Position numbers and translations under genes: made by a program
Notes under the pieces: model-generated
What the model was told of the DNA's origin: nothing
Seen by the model: the letters and a program-made list of their open reading frames with translations, nothing else
Database searches by the model: none
Assembly: GCA_031425655.1 (NCBI GenBank)
Contig: JANPJS010000045.1
Location: forward strand, 16,305 to 80,304
DNA: 64,000 nt
DNA from: Abditibacteriaceae bacterium
GTDB lineage: Bacteria > Armatimonadota > Abditibacteriia > Abditibacteriales > Abditibacteriaceae
Direction: 5' to 3'
In this document: positions 39,834 to 48,607 of the stretch, one piece after another
Layout: the number at the start of each line of letters is the position of its first letter
How positions within the stretch are numbered: position 1 is the stretch's first letter

Positions 39834-40094
39834 ATGCAGAAAACAGATCGTTTGACCAAGACGTTGCTTGCCTTGCTGGTTCTCGGCGTGTGGGGTTTGC
39901 TCCTGCGCCCCCTCGTCCCCGTCACGCCCGCCGAGGCGCAATCGGGCGGGCGCACCAAGTGGGAATATGTTGTGCCGGATATGGATGGCAGCTTGAATGG
40001 CGCCATAGCAGCTTGTAATCGGATGGGTAAAGAAGGGTGGGAACTTGCAGTCGTATCTGGTCACGCTTTTTATTTTAAGCGCCCTATCAGATAA
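39834..40094 (+). CDS. Small exported DUF4177-like protein
   Basis: TATAAT at 39781, RBS AAGGAG; KWEY..NRMGKEGWEL..FYFKRP. Confidence 0.75.
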   Translation: MQKTDRLTKTLLALLVLGVWGLLLRPLVPVTPAEAQSGGRTKWEYVVPDMDGSLNGAIAACNRMGKEGWELAVVSGHAFYFKRPIR

Positions 40095-40111
40095 CACTGA
40101 TCCCGAAACAA

Positions 40112-40166
40112 GACGAAAGCGCCGCCCGAATCGGATTCGGGCGGCGTTTTTCGTTGTGAGGGCAAA
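40112..40166. repeat. Hairpin/terminator, copy A (left flank of the TA module)
   Basis: acgaaagcgccgcccgaatcggattcgggcggcgtttttcgt; related to 41252-41295. Confidence 0.75.
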
Positions 40167-40168
40167 AT

Positions 40169-40948
40169 TTAATCTTGCGACAGCGTGATAGGACGAAAAT
40201 AGCCCAAAATGCAGTCGAGATTGCGAACGCAGATTTGGATGTGATTGGCTTCGCGCACACTGGCGCCGGGATAGATTTCTGCGCCTTCCCAAAACAGGCC
40301 GCGCACGGTGTCGTAGTCGGGAAAACCTTCCTGCTTGCGAATATCATGCAAGGCGTTAAACACAGCGCAATCCAGGCGACGGGCTTTAAAGTCGGCTCCG
40401 TTTGAGGGCAACCGTTTGCCTGTGGCCTGAATTACTTCTCGAAAGTCTCTGTAAGAGATAGTCTGAAAAGTCCCCTCCCCTTGCCGTTTGAAGGGGAGGG
40501 TTAGGGTGGGGTTCTGCCATTTCTCGAACCCCATCCCCAACCCTTCCCCTTGAAACGGCAAAGGGGAAGGGAGTCGCCGCCACTTTTCAGACTGTTTCTA
40601 AGAATCTTTTACCTGATCTATGGCGCTGCTGTCCGCCAAATTCAGGCACCGATGGAGATTGATGATCGCACCCAACACAAAGGGCTGATTGATCTGGCCG
40701 CGTGAGTTTTTCCCGCCCTCGGCACGCTCTCGCACAAATTTCAAGGCACGGGCCGGGTTTCCTTCCCAGAAGTAAACACCAGAACCAAGCCAATCGTAAT
40801 CGTTTTCGCTGCGCTTGAGATGCCGGATTTCCCCCGAAAGAATCGCCTCGCCAACCGTGGCGTCGCAACCGTGAAAACCCAACAAGAAGGAGGGAAGAAA
40901 CTCATAGTTGCCCCACTCCTGCGCCGCTGGGAAATTCGGCTCCCTCAT
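40169..40948 (-). pseudogene. ADP-ribosyltransferase-like toxin gene interrupted by a 144-bp MITE
   Basis: GFHGC..SENDYDWLGSGVYFWE..HIQICVRN; removing 40455-40601 restores KDSYRDF in frame. Confidence 0.8.
40455..40598. mobile_element. MITE with IS5-like ends and a TAA target duplication
   Basis: TIR gagatagtctgaaaagt/acttttcagactgtttc (15/17); TAA at 40452-40454 and 40599-40601; internal cccctcccc..ggggagggttagggtgggg palindromes. Confidence 0.85.
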
Positions 40949-41202
40949 TTGGTTTTGGTTCGTTTCTTGGAGGTCTTGCCAACTTCAGGTTTTGTGGCGG
41001 GCGGAGGATAAGCAACGAGGTCTTCTCCGTTGTCCCGTTCGGGATACATATCGAAATAGCCTGTTCTCCGCAGGAAAGCCAGTGCATACAGTCTGTCTTT
41101 TTTGGCCCTCTCGACAACGCGAGCCGACGCTGCGCGAAAGAGTTCCACTTCTTCGCTCTTGGTCATTTCTCGTGGGAATTTTGGTAAAGGTGTGCGTGCC
41201 AT
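40945..41202 (-). CDS. Small protein, putative antitoxin of the downstream toxin
   Basis: 85 aa, RBS GGAG, ATGA overlap with the toxin start. Confidence 0.65.
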   Translation of the reverse strand: MARTPLPKFPREMTKSEEVELFRAASARVVERAKKDRLYALAFLRRTGYFDMYPERDNGEDLVAYPPPATKPEVGKTSKKRTKTK

Positions 41203-41251
41203 ACATCTCCCAGTATAAATCGAACGCGCGAGTTTGGGGAAAGCTAATACT

Positions 41252-41295
41252 GCCGCGCGAATCCGATTCGGGCGGCGCTTTCGTTTCAGGACAAA
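41252..41295. repeat. Hairpin/terminator, copy B (right flank of the TA module)
   Basis: gccgcgcgaatccgattcgggcggcgctttcgtttcaggacaaa. Confidence 0.7.
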
Positions 41296-41305
41296 GTGGG
41301 AGTTT

Positions 41306-43717
41306 TCACTGCCCCGCCACAATCAGCGCGGCGTTGCCGCTCCAACGCGGGTCGGTGTCTTTCAATTCCTTCGTTTCGCCGCCTTTGGTTTCGCGCAAAA
41401 TGGTGTGGAAGTGGCCGCCGCCGAAATCAATTTCGCAAAAGCTGAACGTCGCGCGCGAATTTTCGACGATAAACATTGGTGTGGTTAGATTCTGGCCGGA
41501 CGAGTAGGCCATGCCGCCCAAAATTTCGGTCGTGCCGTCATTCGTGGTTTGGTGCAAGGTGCCGCCGCCTTCGGTTTTGTAGCCTAAAATCCACTGCGTG
41601 CCGCCGTCGTTGGAAATATGCACGCCGCCGCCTTCGACGTTGAACTGCCGCGCCCACAGCTTTTCGTTCTTGAAACGAAAGTTATGGCCGACCACGTCTT
41701 CGATAAACACTTCGCCGCTGCCTTTGCCGCGATACGCGTCGCCGCCTTGATAGTTGATGGCTAAACGGTGCAAAACAAGGGTGCGTTTAGCGTTGTTTTC
41801 GAGGAAGCAATGCGCGCCGCCCGCGAAATCGGTGCTCATGCCTTCGACAATCACGACCGGCGCGATTCCGTCCTCGAAGCGAAAGGCGGGTTTGCCGGCT
41901 TTGCGCAGCGCATCGGTCATGTCGAGCCACGCGCGGCATCCGATAATGCGGCGCACGTTGCCGCGAATCACAACCGTGTCGCCGATATTGTAGTTGCCGC
42001 GCGGCAGATAAACCGTCGTGGCGCCCGAATCAATCGCTTTCTGAATCGCCGCGCTGTCATCTTGCCCGTCGCCTTCTTTGGCGCCGAATTGCTGCGCGCC
42101 GGCCCAACTTTTCACGTCGTCCCACGGCACAATCGGCGTTTCTTTAATCGGCAGATTCAACGGCTTGACGCCGCCGCCAAACAGGTTCGACGGCGCTTTG
42201 TTGACGAAGAAATCCACATTTGCGCCGTCCACGCCCTTTTTGTCTCCAGTGCGGTTTTCAATCGCCTGTTTGTAGCCCGTCGTTTTGATATTGCGCGCCA
42301 GCATCGTGCCTTCGAGCAGAATCGCCGGTTGCGTTGTGGCTGCGCCCAGTCCTTTAAACTCGCAGTCAATTAAGACGTTCAGGCCGCCGAGCGCGAGAAA
42401 AGCCGGCACGTCGTTGAGGCTTTTCAGGCCGCGCGCCGTGAAAGGCTGGCCGTCGTTGCGAAATCCGGCTTTGTTTTGATGCTCGACCGAAACGTGTTCC
42501 AGCGTTTCGCCATTGACGGTCGTGGCCGTCTTCACGCCGAAATCGAAGCCGCGCACAAGCACGTTTTTGATAAAACAGGGGCCTTGTTCGTCGCTGTAGG
42601 CCAAATCGAGGCCGTTGACGCCCTGACCCTCGCCGGAAACAATCGTCACGTCCCACATTCCGCCTTGATTATTGGCGATGAACTGCACGCCGCACGCGCC
42701 GGGATTGCCGGTTCCTGTATCCACCGTTAAATTGTGAATCTCGTTGGAAAAGCGTTGCGCGGGCGCGTTTCCCGTCCAAATCACGCCTTTGGGTTTGCGC
42801 GGATTTTCGTAGCCGGGACACGAATCTTTGAGCTTAATCACGGCACCGGCGCGGCTTTGGCCCCACAAAACCGTGTTGCGCTCGTCTTTGCCCCAGCGAA
42901 TTGTGTCCGACACGAGATAAACGCCGTTCGGCAGATAAATAATGGCGTTCTTCGAGCCGTAATCGGTGAAGGCTTTTTGAATCGCGGCGGTGTCGTCAGT
43001 CGCGCCGTCGCCTTTGGCCAAATACGGCGCTTTTGTCACGTCAATTACGCCGGCGCCTTCGGGGAAAATCGCGCCGGGCGCGAGTTTGGGATGAACAGGG
43101 CGCGGATATTTGGGCGTCCACACGATTTTGCGCGGTGCGGGCGCTGCTTCGCTGGCATTGGCGAAGCGAATTTCTGCCAAGCCGCTTTGTTCGCCGCCGC
43201 GATAATTCGACTTGATTTGCAGCTTGAAATAACGCGCCGCGACGGTTTTTTCAAATTTAACGGCCTGCCCTTTGTAATCGTCTTTGCCGGGCGCTTCCTG
43301 CAAGGTAAAATCGCCGACCGGCGCGAAGGTTTTGCCGTCTGGCGATGCGGAAATTGTCACGTCTTTGAGGCCGCGATTCGTCCAGCCCGGCTCGTTGTAA
43401 TTCCACGCATAAAATCCGGCGACGTTGAAACTCTTGCCCAAGTCGAATTGCAGCCACGCATTGGCGTCGCCGTTCCACATATTGTTGCCGTCCCAAATGT
43501 TGGAGCTATGCACAAAAACCGCGCTGCCCGGAATGGTTTCGCCCCAGCCGGAGCCGTCAATGGTTTTGCGCGGCGTGCGTCCGGCGCCGTCCTGCGAATT
43601 GGACGCGGTTGCGTCAACCGGCGCGATAAAAGCACCGATTGTCGCGTTGGGTGCTTCCTGAGTGTGAGCTGCACAAGCAGACATCAAAACAGCGCAAAAG
43701 AGAAATTTAAGTCGCAT
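41306..43717 (-). CDS. Secreted F5/8 type C (discoidin) + GH55/pectate-lyase-3-like beta-helix glycoside hydrolase
   Basis: Signal peptide; WLQFDLGK..ARYFKL..GLAEIRF; two AKGDG.TDDT.AIQKA..YLP.G.Y motifs. Confidence 0.85.
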   Translation of the reverse strand: MRLKFLFCAVLMSACAAHTQEAPNATIGAFIAPVDATASNSQDGAGRTPRKTIDGSGWGETIPGSAVFVHSSNIWDGNNMWNGDANAWLQFDLGKSFNVAGFYAWNYNEPGWTNRGLKDVTISASPDGKTFAPVGDFTLQEAPGKDDYKGQAVKFEKTVAARYFKLQIKSNYRGGEQSGLAEIRFANASEAAPAPRKIVWTPKYPRPVHPKLAPGAIFPEGAGVIDVTKAPYLAKGDGATDDTAAIQKAFTDYGSKNAIIYLPNGVYLVSDTIRWGKDERNTVLWGQSRAGAVIKLKDSCPGYENPRKPKGVIWTGNAPAQRFSNEIHNLTVDTGTGNPGACGVQFIANNQGGMWDVTIVSGEGQGVNGLDLAYSDEQGPCFIKNVLVRGFDFGVKTATTVNGETLEHVSVEHQNKAGFRNDGQPFTARGLKSLNDVPAFLALGGLNVLIDCEFKGLGAATTQPAILLEGTMLARNIKTTGYKQAIENRTGDKKGVDGANVDFFVNKAPSNLFGGGVKPLNLPIKETPIVPWDDVKSWAGAQQFGAKEGDGQDDSAAIQKAIDSGATTVYLPRGNYNIGDTVVIRGNVRRIIGCRAWLDMTDALRKAGKPAFRFEDGIAPVVIVEGMSTDFAGGAHCFLENNAKRTLVLHRLAINYQGGDAYRGKGSGEVFIEDVVGHNFRFKNEKLWARQFNVEGGGVHISNDGGTQWILGYKTEGGGTLHQTTNDGTTEILGGMAYSSGQNLTTPMFIVENSRATFSFCEIDFGGGHFHTILRETKGGETKELKDTDPRWSGNAALIVAGQ

Positions 43718-43795
43718 AAAAGCTCCTGAAAACGCAAAAGAGGCAGGCAAATGCCCACATCTTGTTTAGCTTAAAATCGTTCGATTGTGTGAAGG

Positions 43796-44689
43796 TTAAT
43801 CCGGCAAAATCGCGTTGTGAATTTCAAATGGGTCATCCCAAAATTCGAGGCTATAGAGCACGAGGCGCGGCGGTGTTGTTTTGGTTGTGACCCACCATTC
43901 GAGCGGCGCTTCTTGGGAGGAATCTTGAGACTGTTGATAAATTAGCAGTTCTGTTTCGGCAAATTCTCGATAGGCATTGGGTGAAACATAGTCCACAGGC
44001 GGTGGTGCGTGATGTGTAGCCGGAAAGTGCTGCGGGATTTCGGCAAGAGGCATCGTGCGATGACAGACGACTTGTGCCCAGTTTGAATAGAGGATTACCT
44101 GCTTGATTTCGCATTCACAAAGCACAGATTGTTCCAACATTTCGGGGTGCATTTCCCACCCGTTGAGGAAAGCCAACGTGGGCCGAAAGAGCAGCCAAGC
44201 GCGCTGACCCTCTCGAAATTCGGGATCCGCTGGGATTTTTGCCCATCGTGATTCTCCGACTTGCGGGCAGGTTTTATTTTGTTCCCAATGCTCTTCTTCG
44301 GCTTCCTCTTCGCCGACTTCACGCCATTCTACATGCGAAAATCCAAGCAGGCGAGTGCGCTCTGCCACAACACTGGCCTTTTGTTCCGTCGCAAATTCCA
44401 GAAGCCAAAGCATTTTTCCTACTGGACTTTGTTTGTCAGCAGTAGGAAAACAGGCGCACAACGCTTGCAACGCGGCTCCAACGTGCGCGGCGGGTAGCAA
44501 TAAATCATCGAAAAAGCCGCCGAACGGTAACTGCGCCGCGCGACAGGCCTGCACCCACGGCAAAAGAGCCGCGTATTCGCTTTCCAGCAAAACGGTGTCT
44601 GGCTGAACACCTTCCAGCAAATCGAGAGTCGTTTGTCGCGCGTTTGTGTCAATCAGCGCGGAATCTTGCACGAAGAGTTGTAGCAGCAT
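43796..44689 (-). CDS. Hypothetical protein, cassette 3; C-terminal domain paralogous to 46846-47508
   Basis: NKTCP..WLLF.PTL..L.GW..VVCH..WWV.TKT.P.RLVLYS.E..EIHNAILPD. Confidence 0.8.
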   Translation of the reverse strand: MLLQLFVQDSALIDTNARQTTLDLLEGVQPDTVLLESEYAALLPWVQACRAAQLPFGGFFDDLLLPAAHVGAALQALCACFPTADKQSPVGKMLWLLEFATEQKASVVAERTRLLGFSHVEWREVGEEEAEEEHWEQNKTCPQVGESRWAKIPADPEFREGQRAWLLFRPTLAFLNGWEMHPEMLEQSVLCECEIKQVILYSNWAQVVCHRTMPLAEIPQHFPATHHAPPPVDYVSPNAYREFAETELLIYQQSQDSSQEAPLEWWVTTKTTPPRLVLYSLEFWDDPFEIHNAILPD

Positions 44690-44704
44690 CGTCGCTCAAA
44701 CTTA

Positions 44705-44770
44705 CTAACTTTCATCCGCCGCCGACAAAGCGGCTTCGCGGCGGGCTTGAATCGGCGCAGCGATAAAATC
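44705..44770 (-). repeat. Duplicated prfA 3' end, copy 3
   Basis: Translates to [21 protein letters not shown]; 44720-44753 is identical to 47540-47573. Confidence 0.92.
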
Positions 44771-44787
44771 TCAAAACTCTACAGCAT

Positions 44788-45594
44788 CTACACAATTTGC
44801 GGCCATGCGCCGCAGATGCGGCCTTCGTGAAAGCGCAGCGCGTCATTTTTAAGCGCCGCTTCGAGGTCGCGCGGGCCGAGGTTGCACAGCGTGCCGTCGG
44901 CGGTCACTACGCATTTGCCGACTTCTTCGGGTGGCAGAATTTCGGCGATTTCTCGCGCCTGCGCCAGCATCGCGCGCCACTTTTGGCCGAGTTCGATGGG
45001 ACTGGGCGGCGGGCCATCGAAGCTCAATTTAGCGAATTGCGGCGCCGAAAAACGAGCGGTGCGCGTGGCTTCTTCCAGCAAAAACAGCGGAGAATAACCG
45101 GGGTCTTTGCCACACGCCGCCCATGCCAGCAAGCCAAAATGCTGCAAAATATCGCTGCAAGTCATGGCGTCCACCCAATCGCGCGGCTCAATACGTCCGA
45201 CAAACGCCAAAACTTTGTTGGTCGCGGCGTCCAGAGGATGCAGCGTTAAACCAAAATCGGGATGTTCGATCAGTGGAAAAAAACGAAACGCGCTATCGTA
45301 AGCCCATTGCATCAAGAGCGATTCGCTGCCACGCATTATGCGCGCTTCGATGAAAGTGGGAAAAGCGCGGAGTTGTTCAATGGCGTAGCCGCTTTTTTCA
45401 AGCGTTTGGCGGTCAGCATTCCACGAAGCGGCGACAGCGGTTTCCGTGTCGTGAAACACGTCTACATCGTCGGAAAGCCGCGCGCCGCCCAAAAGCACGT
45501 TCAATGCCGCAGCGCCCGCGACATAGCCGCCACCAGCGGTGCGGTTTTGGGCCAGCAAACGGCAAACTTCGCGTTGAAAAGCAGTGAGCGCCAT
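44788..45594 (-). CDS. AbiEii-like nucleotidyltransferase (type IV TA toxin-like)
   Basis: YVAGAAALN..ARLSDDVDVF; NKVLA..R.EPRDWVD. Confidence 0.75.
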   Translation of the reverse strand: MALTAFQREVCRLLAQNRTAGGGYVAGAAALNVLLGGARLSDDVDVFHDTETAVAASWNADRQTLEKSGYAIEQLRAFPTFIEARIMRGSESLLMQWAYDSAFRFFPLIEHPDFGLTLHPLDAATNKVLAFVGRIEPRDWVDAMTCSDILQHFGLLAWAACGKDPGYSPLFLLEEATRTARFSAPQFAKLSFDGPPPSPIELGQKWRAMLAQAREIAEILPPEEVGKCVVTADGTLCNLGPRDLEAALKNDALRFHEGRICGAWPQIV

Positions 45595-45599
45595 TTCGA

Positions 45600-45794
45600 T
45601 TAATTTCCCAGCCGGCGCCGCAGCGTCATGGCGCAAATAAACATTTCGCGGTCGCCGCGCGTGGCGATGCTTTTCAAAACGTCGCGCGCCTGCTCGGTGT
45701 TTTGCGGGTAATAATCGGCGCGCATCCACCACAGTGCCCGCGCGCGATGCTCGTCCACGAACGCCCAAATTTCACGCTTGAGATTCTCGTCCAT
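45600..45794 (-). CDS. Small protein, putative antitoxin partner of the AbiEii-like gene
   Basis: 64 aa, RARALWWMRADYYP, directly upstream of the nucleotidyltransferase. Confidence 0.65.
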   Translation of the reverse strand: MDENLKREIWAFVDEHRARALWWMRADYYPQNTEQARDVLKSIATRGDREMFICAMTLRRRLGN

Positions 45795-45817
45795 TAGTCG
45801 TCCCGAAGGCTCAATTC

Positions 45818-46225
45818 TCACGGCACTTCAAGGCCAAAGTGTCCGCGTTGCCCAAAGTTGCCGTAGGTAAAGGAATCAAGAAAGCGAATCGTAGCGATGC
45901 CGGCAAAACCAGCGGGTAGCGTTTCAATGGGAACAATCATGGCGTTGACGCGACGCACCATGCTTAAATCTCGAATCGCAATCGTTACCGTGAAGACCTC
46001 AAAGTGTCCGGGAATGGCGCCGCCCGATACGACGCGGCCTTGAAAACGCCGCGCGAAAAGTGCGCCATCTTCTGTGCCTAAAACCAAATCTACCGGCTCA
46101 TGCTGCGAACCGGCTCCTGTATCGGCTAATAAAATTCGACTCGCTGAAACGCCGGTGATTTGATTTTGCAGTTCCATTTGAACCGCAGGTTGGCCGTTTT
46201 GCAGAGGCCACAGCGCACGCGGCAT
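45818..46225 (-). CDS. Retropepsin-like aspartyl protease domain protein
   Basis: LLADTGAG motif; C-terminal GIATIRFLDSF. Confidence 0.7.
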   Translation of the reverse strand: MPRALWPLQNGQPAVQMELQNQITGVSASRILLADTGAGSQHEPVDLVLGTEDGALFARRFQGRVVSGGAIPGHFEVFTVTIAIRDLSMVRRVNAMIVPIETLPAGFAGIATIRFLDSFTYGNFGQRGHFGLEVP

Positions 46226-46503
46226 CAGGGCATTCTCCAGAACATGACTTTGCGGTCATAATCAGCGTTGGCTTCAATAGCGACGCCTTGATCATCGTCG
46301 CCCAAAGCATCCAACTGGTCGCAGACTTTATCGAGCGTGTTCCCGACGGCTACCACTTGCTGATGCAAAACGCCAACATATTTTCCTGTGTAAGGCGACT
46401 GGGGATTAGCGCGCGTTTCGCGGTTAATGCGTTGCGCGACTTGCCAGTTCTTTTCCTGCTCTTCGGTCACCTGCAAGGTGTCCCTGACTTTCAAAGTGAT
46501 CAT
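46225..46503 (-). CDS. DUF5678-like small protein
   Basis: YTGKYVGVLHQQVVAVG; TGATG overlap with the protease gene. Confidence 0.65.
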   Translation of the reverse strand: MITLKVRDTLQVTEEQEKNWQVAQRINRETRANPQSPYTGKYVGVLHQQVVAVGNTLDKVCDQLDALGDDDQGVAIEANADYDRKVMFWRMP

Positions 46504-46570
46504 TGCCCTCGCCTCGCAAGGGAGTTTAGCGTGCAAAAGTTCACCCGGCGATTCATCGCCGGGTGTCAAG

Positions 46571-46755
46571 CAGGGCAATCGCATGAGAAATACCCGGCGG
46601 CTAAAGCCGCAGGCAACAGCGGCACGAAGGCTCCCTTCGGAGCCTAAAAGCTCTATTTTTAGGCCGCGCAGGCGGTCTTTGTGCCGGCGTTGCCTGCGGC
46701 TTTAGCCGCCGGGACGCTCAGGCAGGACACAAAAAATTCTCATGCGATTGCCCTA
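46571..46755. mobile_element. MITE with ISAs1-like ends and a 10-bp target duplication
   Basis: TIR cagggcaatcgcatgagaa/ttctcatgcgattgcccta (18/19); gggtgtcaag at 46561-46570 and 46756-46765; internal REP-like cccggcggctaaagccgcaggcaac palindrome. Confidence 0.9.
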
Positions 46756-46760
46756 GGGTG

Positions 46761-46823
46761 TCAAGCATCCGTCGCAGACAAAGCGGCTTCGCGGCGCGCC
46801 TGAATCAGGGCCGGGATTAAATC
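46761..46823 (-). repeat. Duplicated prfA 3' end, copy 2
   Basis: Translates to [20 protein letters not shown], with synonymous differences from the resident prfA. Confidence 0.9.
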
Positions 46824-46845
46824 AACGCAAACTTAGATGGAATTC

Positions 46846-47508
46846 TTAATCCGGCAAAATCGCGTTGTGAATCTCGCAAGCATCACGACCAATTTCAAAG
46901 CTGTAGAGCACTAAACGGCGTGGTGAGGTTTTCGTAACAACCCACCATGCACGGGCTTCACCGTAGCTATTAAATGTGTAAATTAACTCTTCAGTCTCCA
47001 CTATCACAGACTGGCATTCTGCGATGGGAGCACCGGCTCCGATTGCCTTTGGAGACTGTGTGGGAGGAAATTGATAGGGAATCTGGGCTAACGGCACGAC
47101 TTTGTGGCAGACGACCTCGACATTTCCATAATATTCGTCGTCGGGTGGCCAACCAATAACGATACCAATTTTTTCCAGACCTTCGAGCGTAGCGCGTGCT
47201 TCGGGTTCACTGCGAGATTTTCTTGCGCGTTCCAAGTGCCATTCAGTTTCGTGACGCGTGATAATTTCGCATTCGACAACTGCGGATTCGTCCAATTCCT
47301 GTGGGTATTCATCCCAGCCATCCAAACAAGAAAGCGTTGGCTGAAAAAGCAGCCATACTCGCCCGCCGAGCGGTGTTTGATGCCAATTTTCAATTCTTGC
47401 CCTGCGTATTTCTCCAGCGCGAGGACAGGTTTTATTGGGTTCGGGGCTATCGTCGTTTGCTCGCCAGTAAACATTGTGCAAGCAGACAGTGAAATTCGTG
47501 GATTCCAT
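46846..47508 (-). CDS. Hypothetical protein, cassette 1
   Basis: 220 aa, paralog of 43796-44689; the last 27 nt are identical. Confidence 0.8.
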   Translation of the reverse strand: MESTNFTVCLHNVYWRANDDSPEPNKTCPRAGEIRRARIENWHQTPLGGRVWLLFQPTLSCLDGWDEYPQELDESAVVECEIITRHETEWHLERARKSRSEPEARATLEGLEKIGIVIGWPPDDEYYGNVEVVCHKVVPLAQIPYQFPPTQSPKAIGAGAPIAECQSVIVETEELIYTFNSYGEARAWWVVTKTSPRRLVLYSFEIGRDACEIHNAILPD

Positions 47509-47524
47509 CGGCGTTTCTCGTCTC

Positions 47525-48589
47525 TTACGATTCGTCCGGCGCCGACAAAGCGGCTTCGCGGCGGGCTTGAATCAGGGCGGCGACGAGGTCGTCTAAGCGG
47601 CCTTCCATGATTTGGTCGAGGTTGTTGCTTTTGAAGTTGATGCGATGGTCGGCAACGCGGTTTTCGGCGAAGTTGTAGGTGCGGATTTTGTCACTGCGGT
47701 CGCCGCTTTTGACTTGCGCGCGGCGCACGCTGTCCCGTTCGTTGGCTTGGCGTTCGCGCTCGGCTTCGTAAAGGCGCGAACGCAAAACGCGCATCGCTTT
47801 TTCTTTGTTCTGGCGCAAGCTGCGCTCGTCCTGACAAGTCACGACCAGGCCACTCGGTTTGTGAACAAGGCGCACGGCGGTTTCGGTTTTCTGCACGTTT
47901 TGGCCGCCCGCGCCCGACGAGCGCATGGTTTCGATTTCCACGTCGTCGTCTTTGATTTCCACGTCCACTTCTTCGGCTTCGGGCAGAACCGCGACGCTGG
48001 CAGCGCTGGTGTGAATGCGGCCTTTTTGCTCCGTCGCGGGCACGCGCTGCACGCGATGCACGCCGCTTTCGCCTTGCAAGGCTTCCCACGCGCCTTTGCC
48101 CTGCACGCCGAATACGATTTCTTTGATGCCGCCCATTTCGGCTTCGGACAGCGACATCGCCTCGGTTTTCCAGCCGCGCACCTCGGCGAAGCGCGAATAC
48201 ATTCGATATAAATCGCCGGCCCACAGCGCGGCTTCTTCGCCGCCGCTGCCCTGACGAATTTCCACAATTACGTTGCGGTTGGCGTCTTCGTCTTTGGGCA
48301 AAAGCGCGTCGTTTAATACTTCGGTGCGCGCGGCCAAGCGCGGCTCCAAATCGGCGATTTCAAGTTCGGCTAATTCGCTTATTTCAGGGTCGTCGAGGCT
48401 GGCGCGGGCGTCGTCGAGTTGATTTTCGAGCGATTCGACTTCGCGCACGAGCCGGGCGACGTGTTCAAGCCGCGCCCGCTCTTTGCCGATGCGCTGCATG
48501 GCCGCGCCGTCGTTCAAAACGGCAGGGTCGGAAAGCTGGTGCGTGAGATTGTCGAAGCGTTCGGCTAAGGCGATGGCTTTGGCGAGCAT
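47525..48589 (-). CDS. prfA: Peptide chain release factor 1
   Basis: [23 protein letters not shown] (PAT anticodon motif of RF1), [18 protein letters not shown]. Confidence 0.97.
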   Translation of the reverse strand: MLAKAIALAERFDNLTHQLSDPAVLNDGAAMQRIGKERARLEHVARLVREVESLENQLDDARASLDDPEISELAELEIADLEPRLAARTEVLNDALLPKDEDANRNVIVEIRQGSGGEEAALWAGDLYRMYSRFAEVRGWKTEAMSLSEAEMGGIKEIVFGVQGKGAWEALQGESGVHRVQRVPATEQKGRIHTSAASVAVLPEAEEVDVEIKDDDVEIETMRSSGAGGQNVQKTETAVRLVHKPSGLVVTCQDERSLRQNKEKAMRVLRSRLYEAERERQANERDSVRRAQVKSGDRSDKIRTYNFAENRVADHRINFKSNNLDQIMEGRLDDLVAALIQARREAALSAPDES

Positions 48590-48607
48590 TGTGGTTGTCG
48601 AATCTAT

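Noticed and set aside
40456..40561. N-terminus of the 130-aa ORF (MPFQGEGLGMG..)
   Set aside because: It is a translation of the MITE palindrome; the rest is the toxin C-terminal half.
44705..47590. prfA-tail repeats as a CRISPR array or prophage att sites
   Set aside because: Spacing is gene-sized and irregular, there are no cas, integrase or phage genes, and the repeats are coding-derived.
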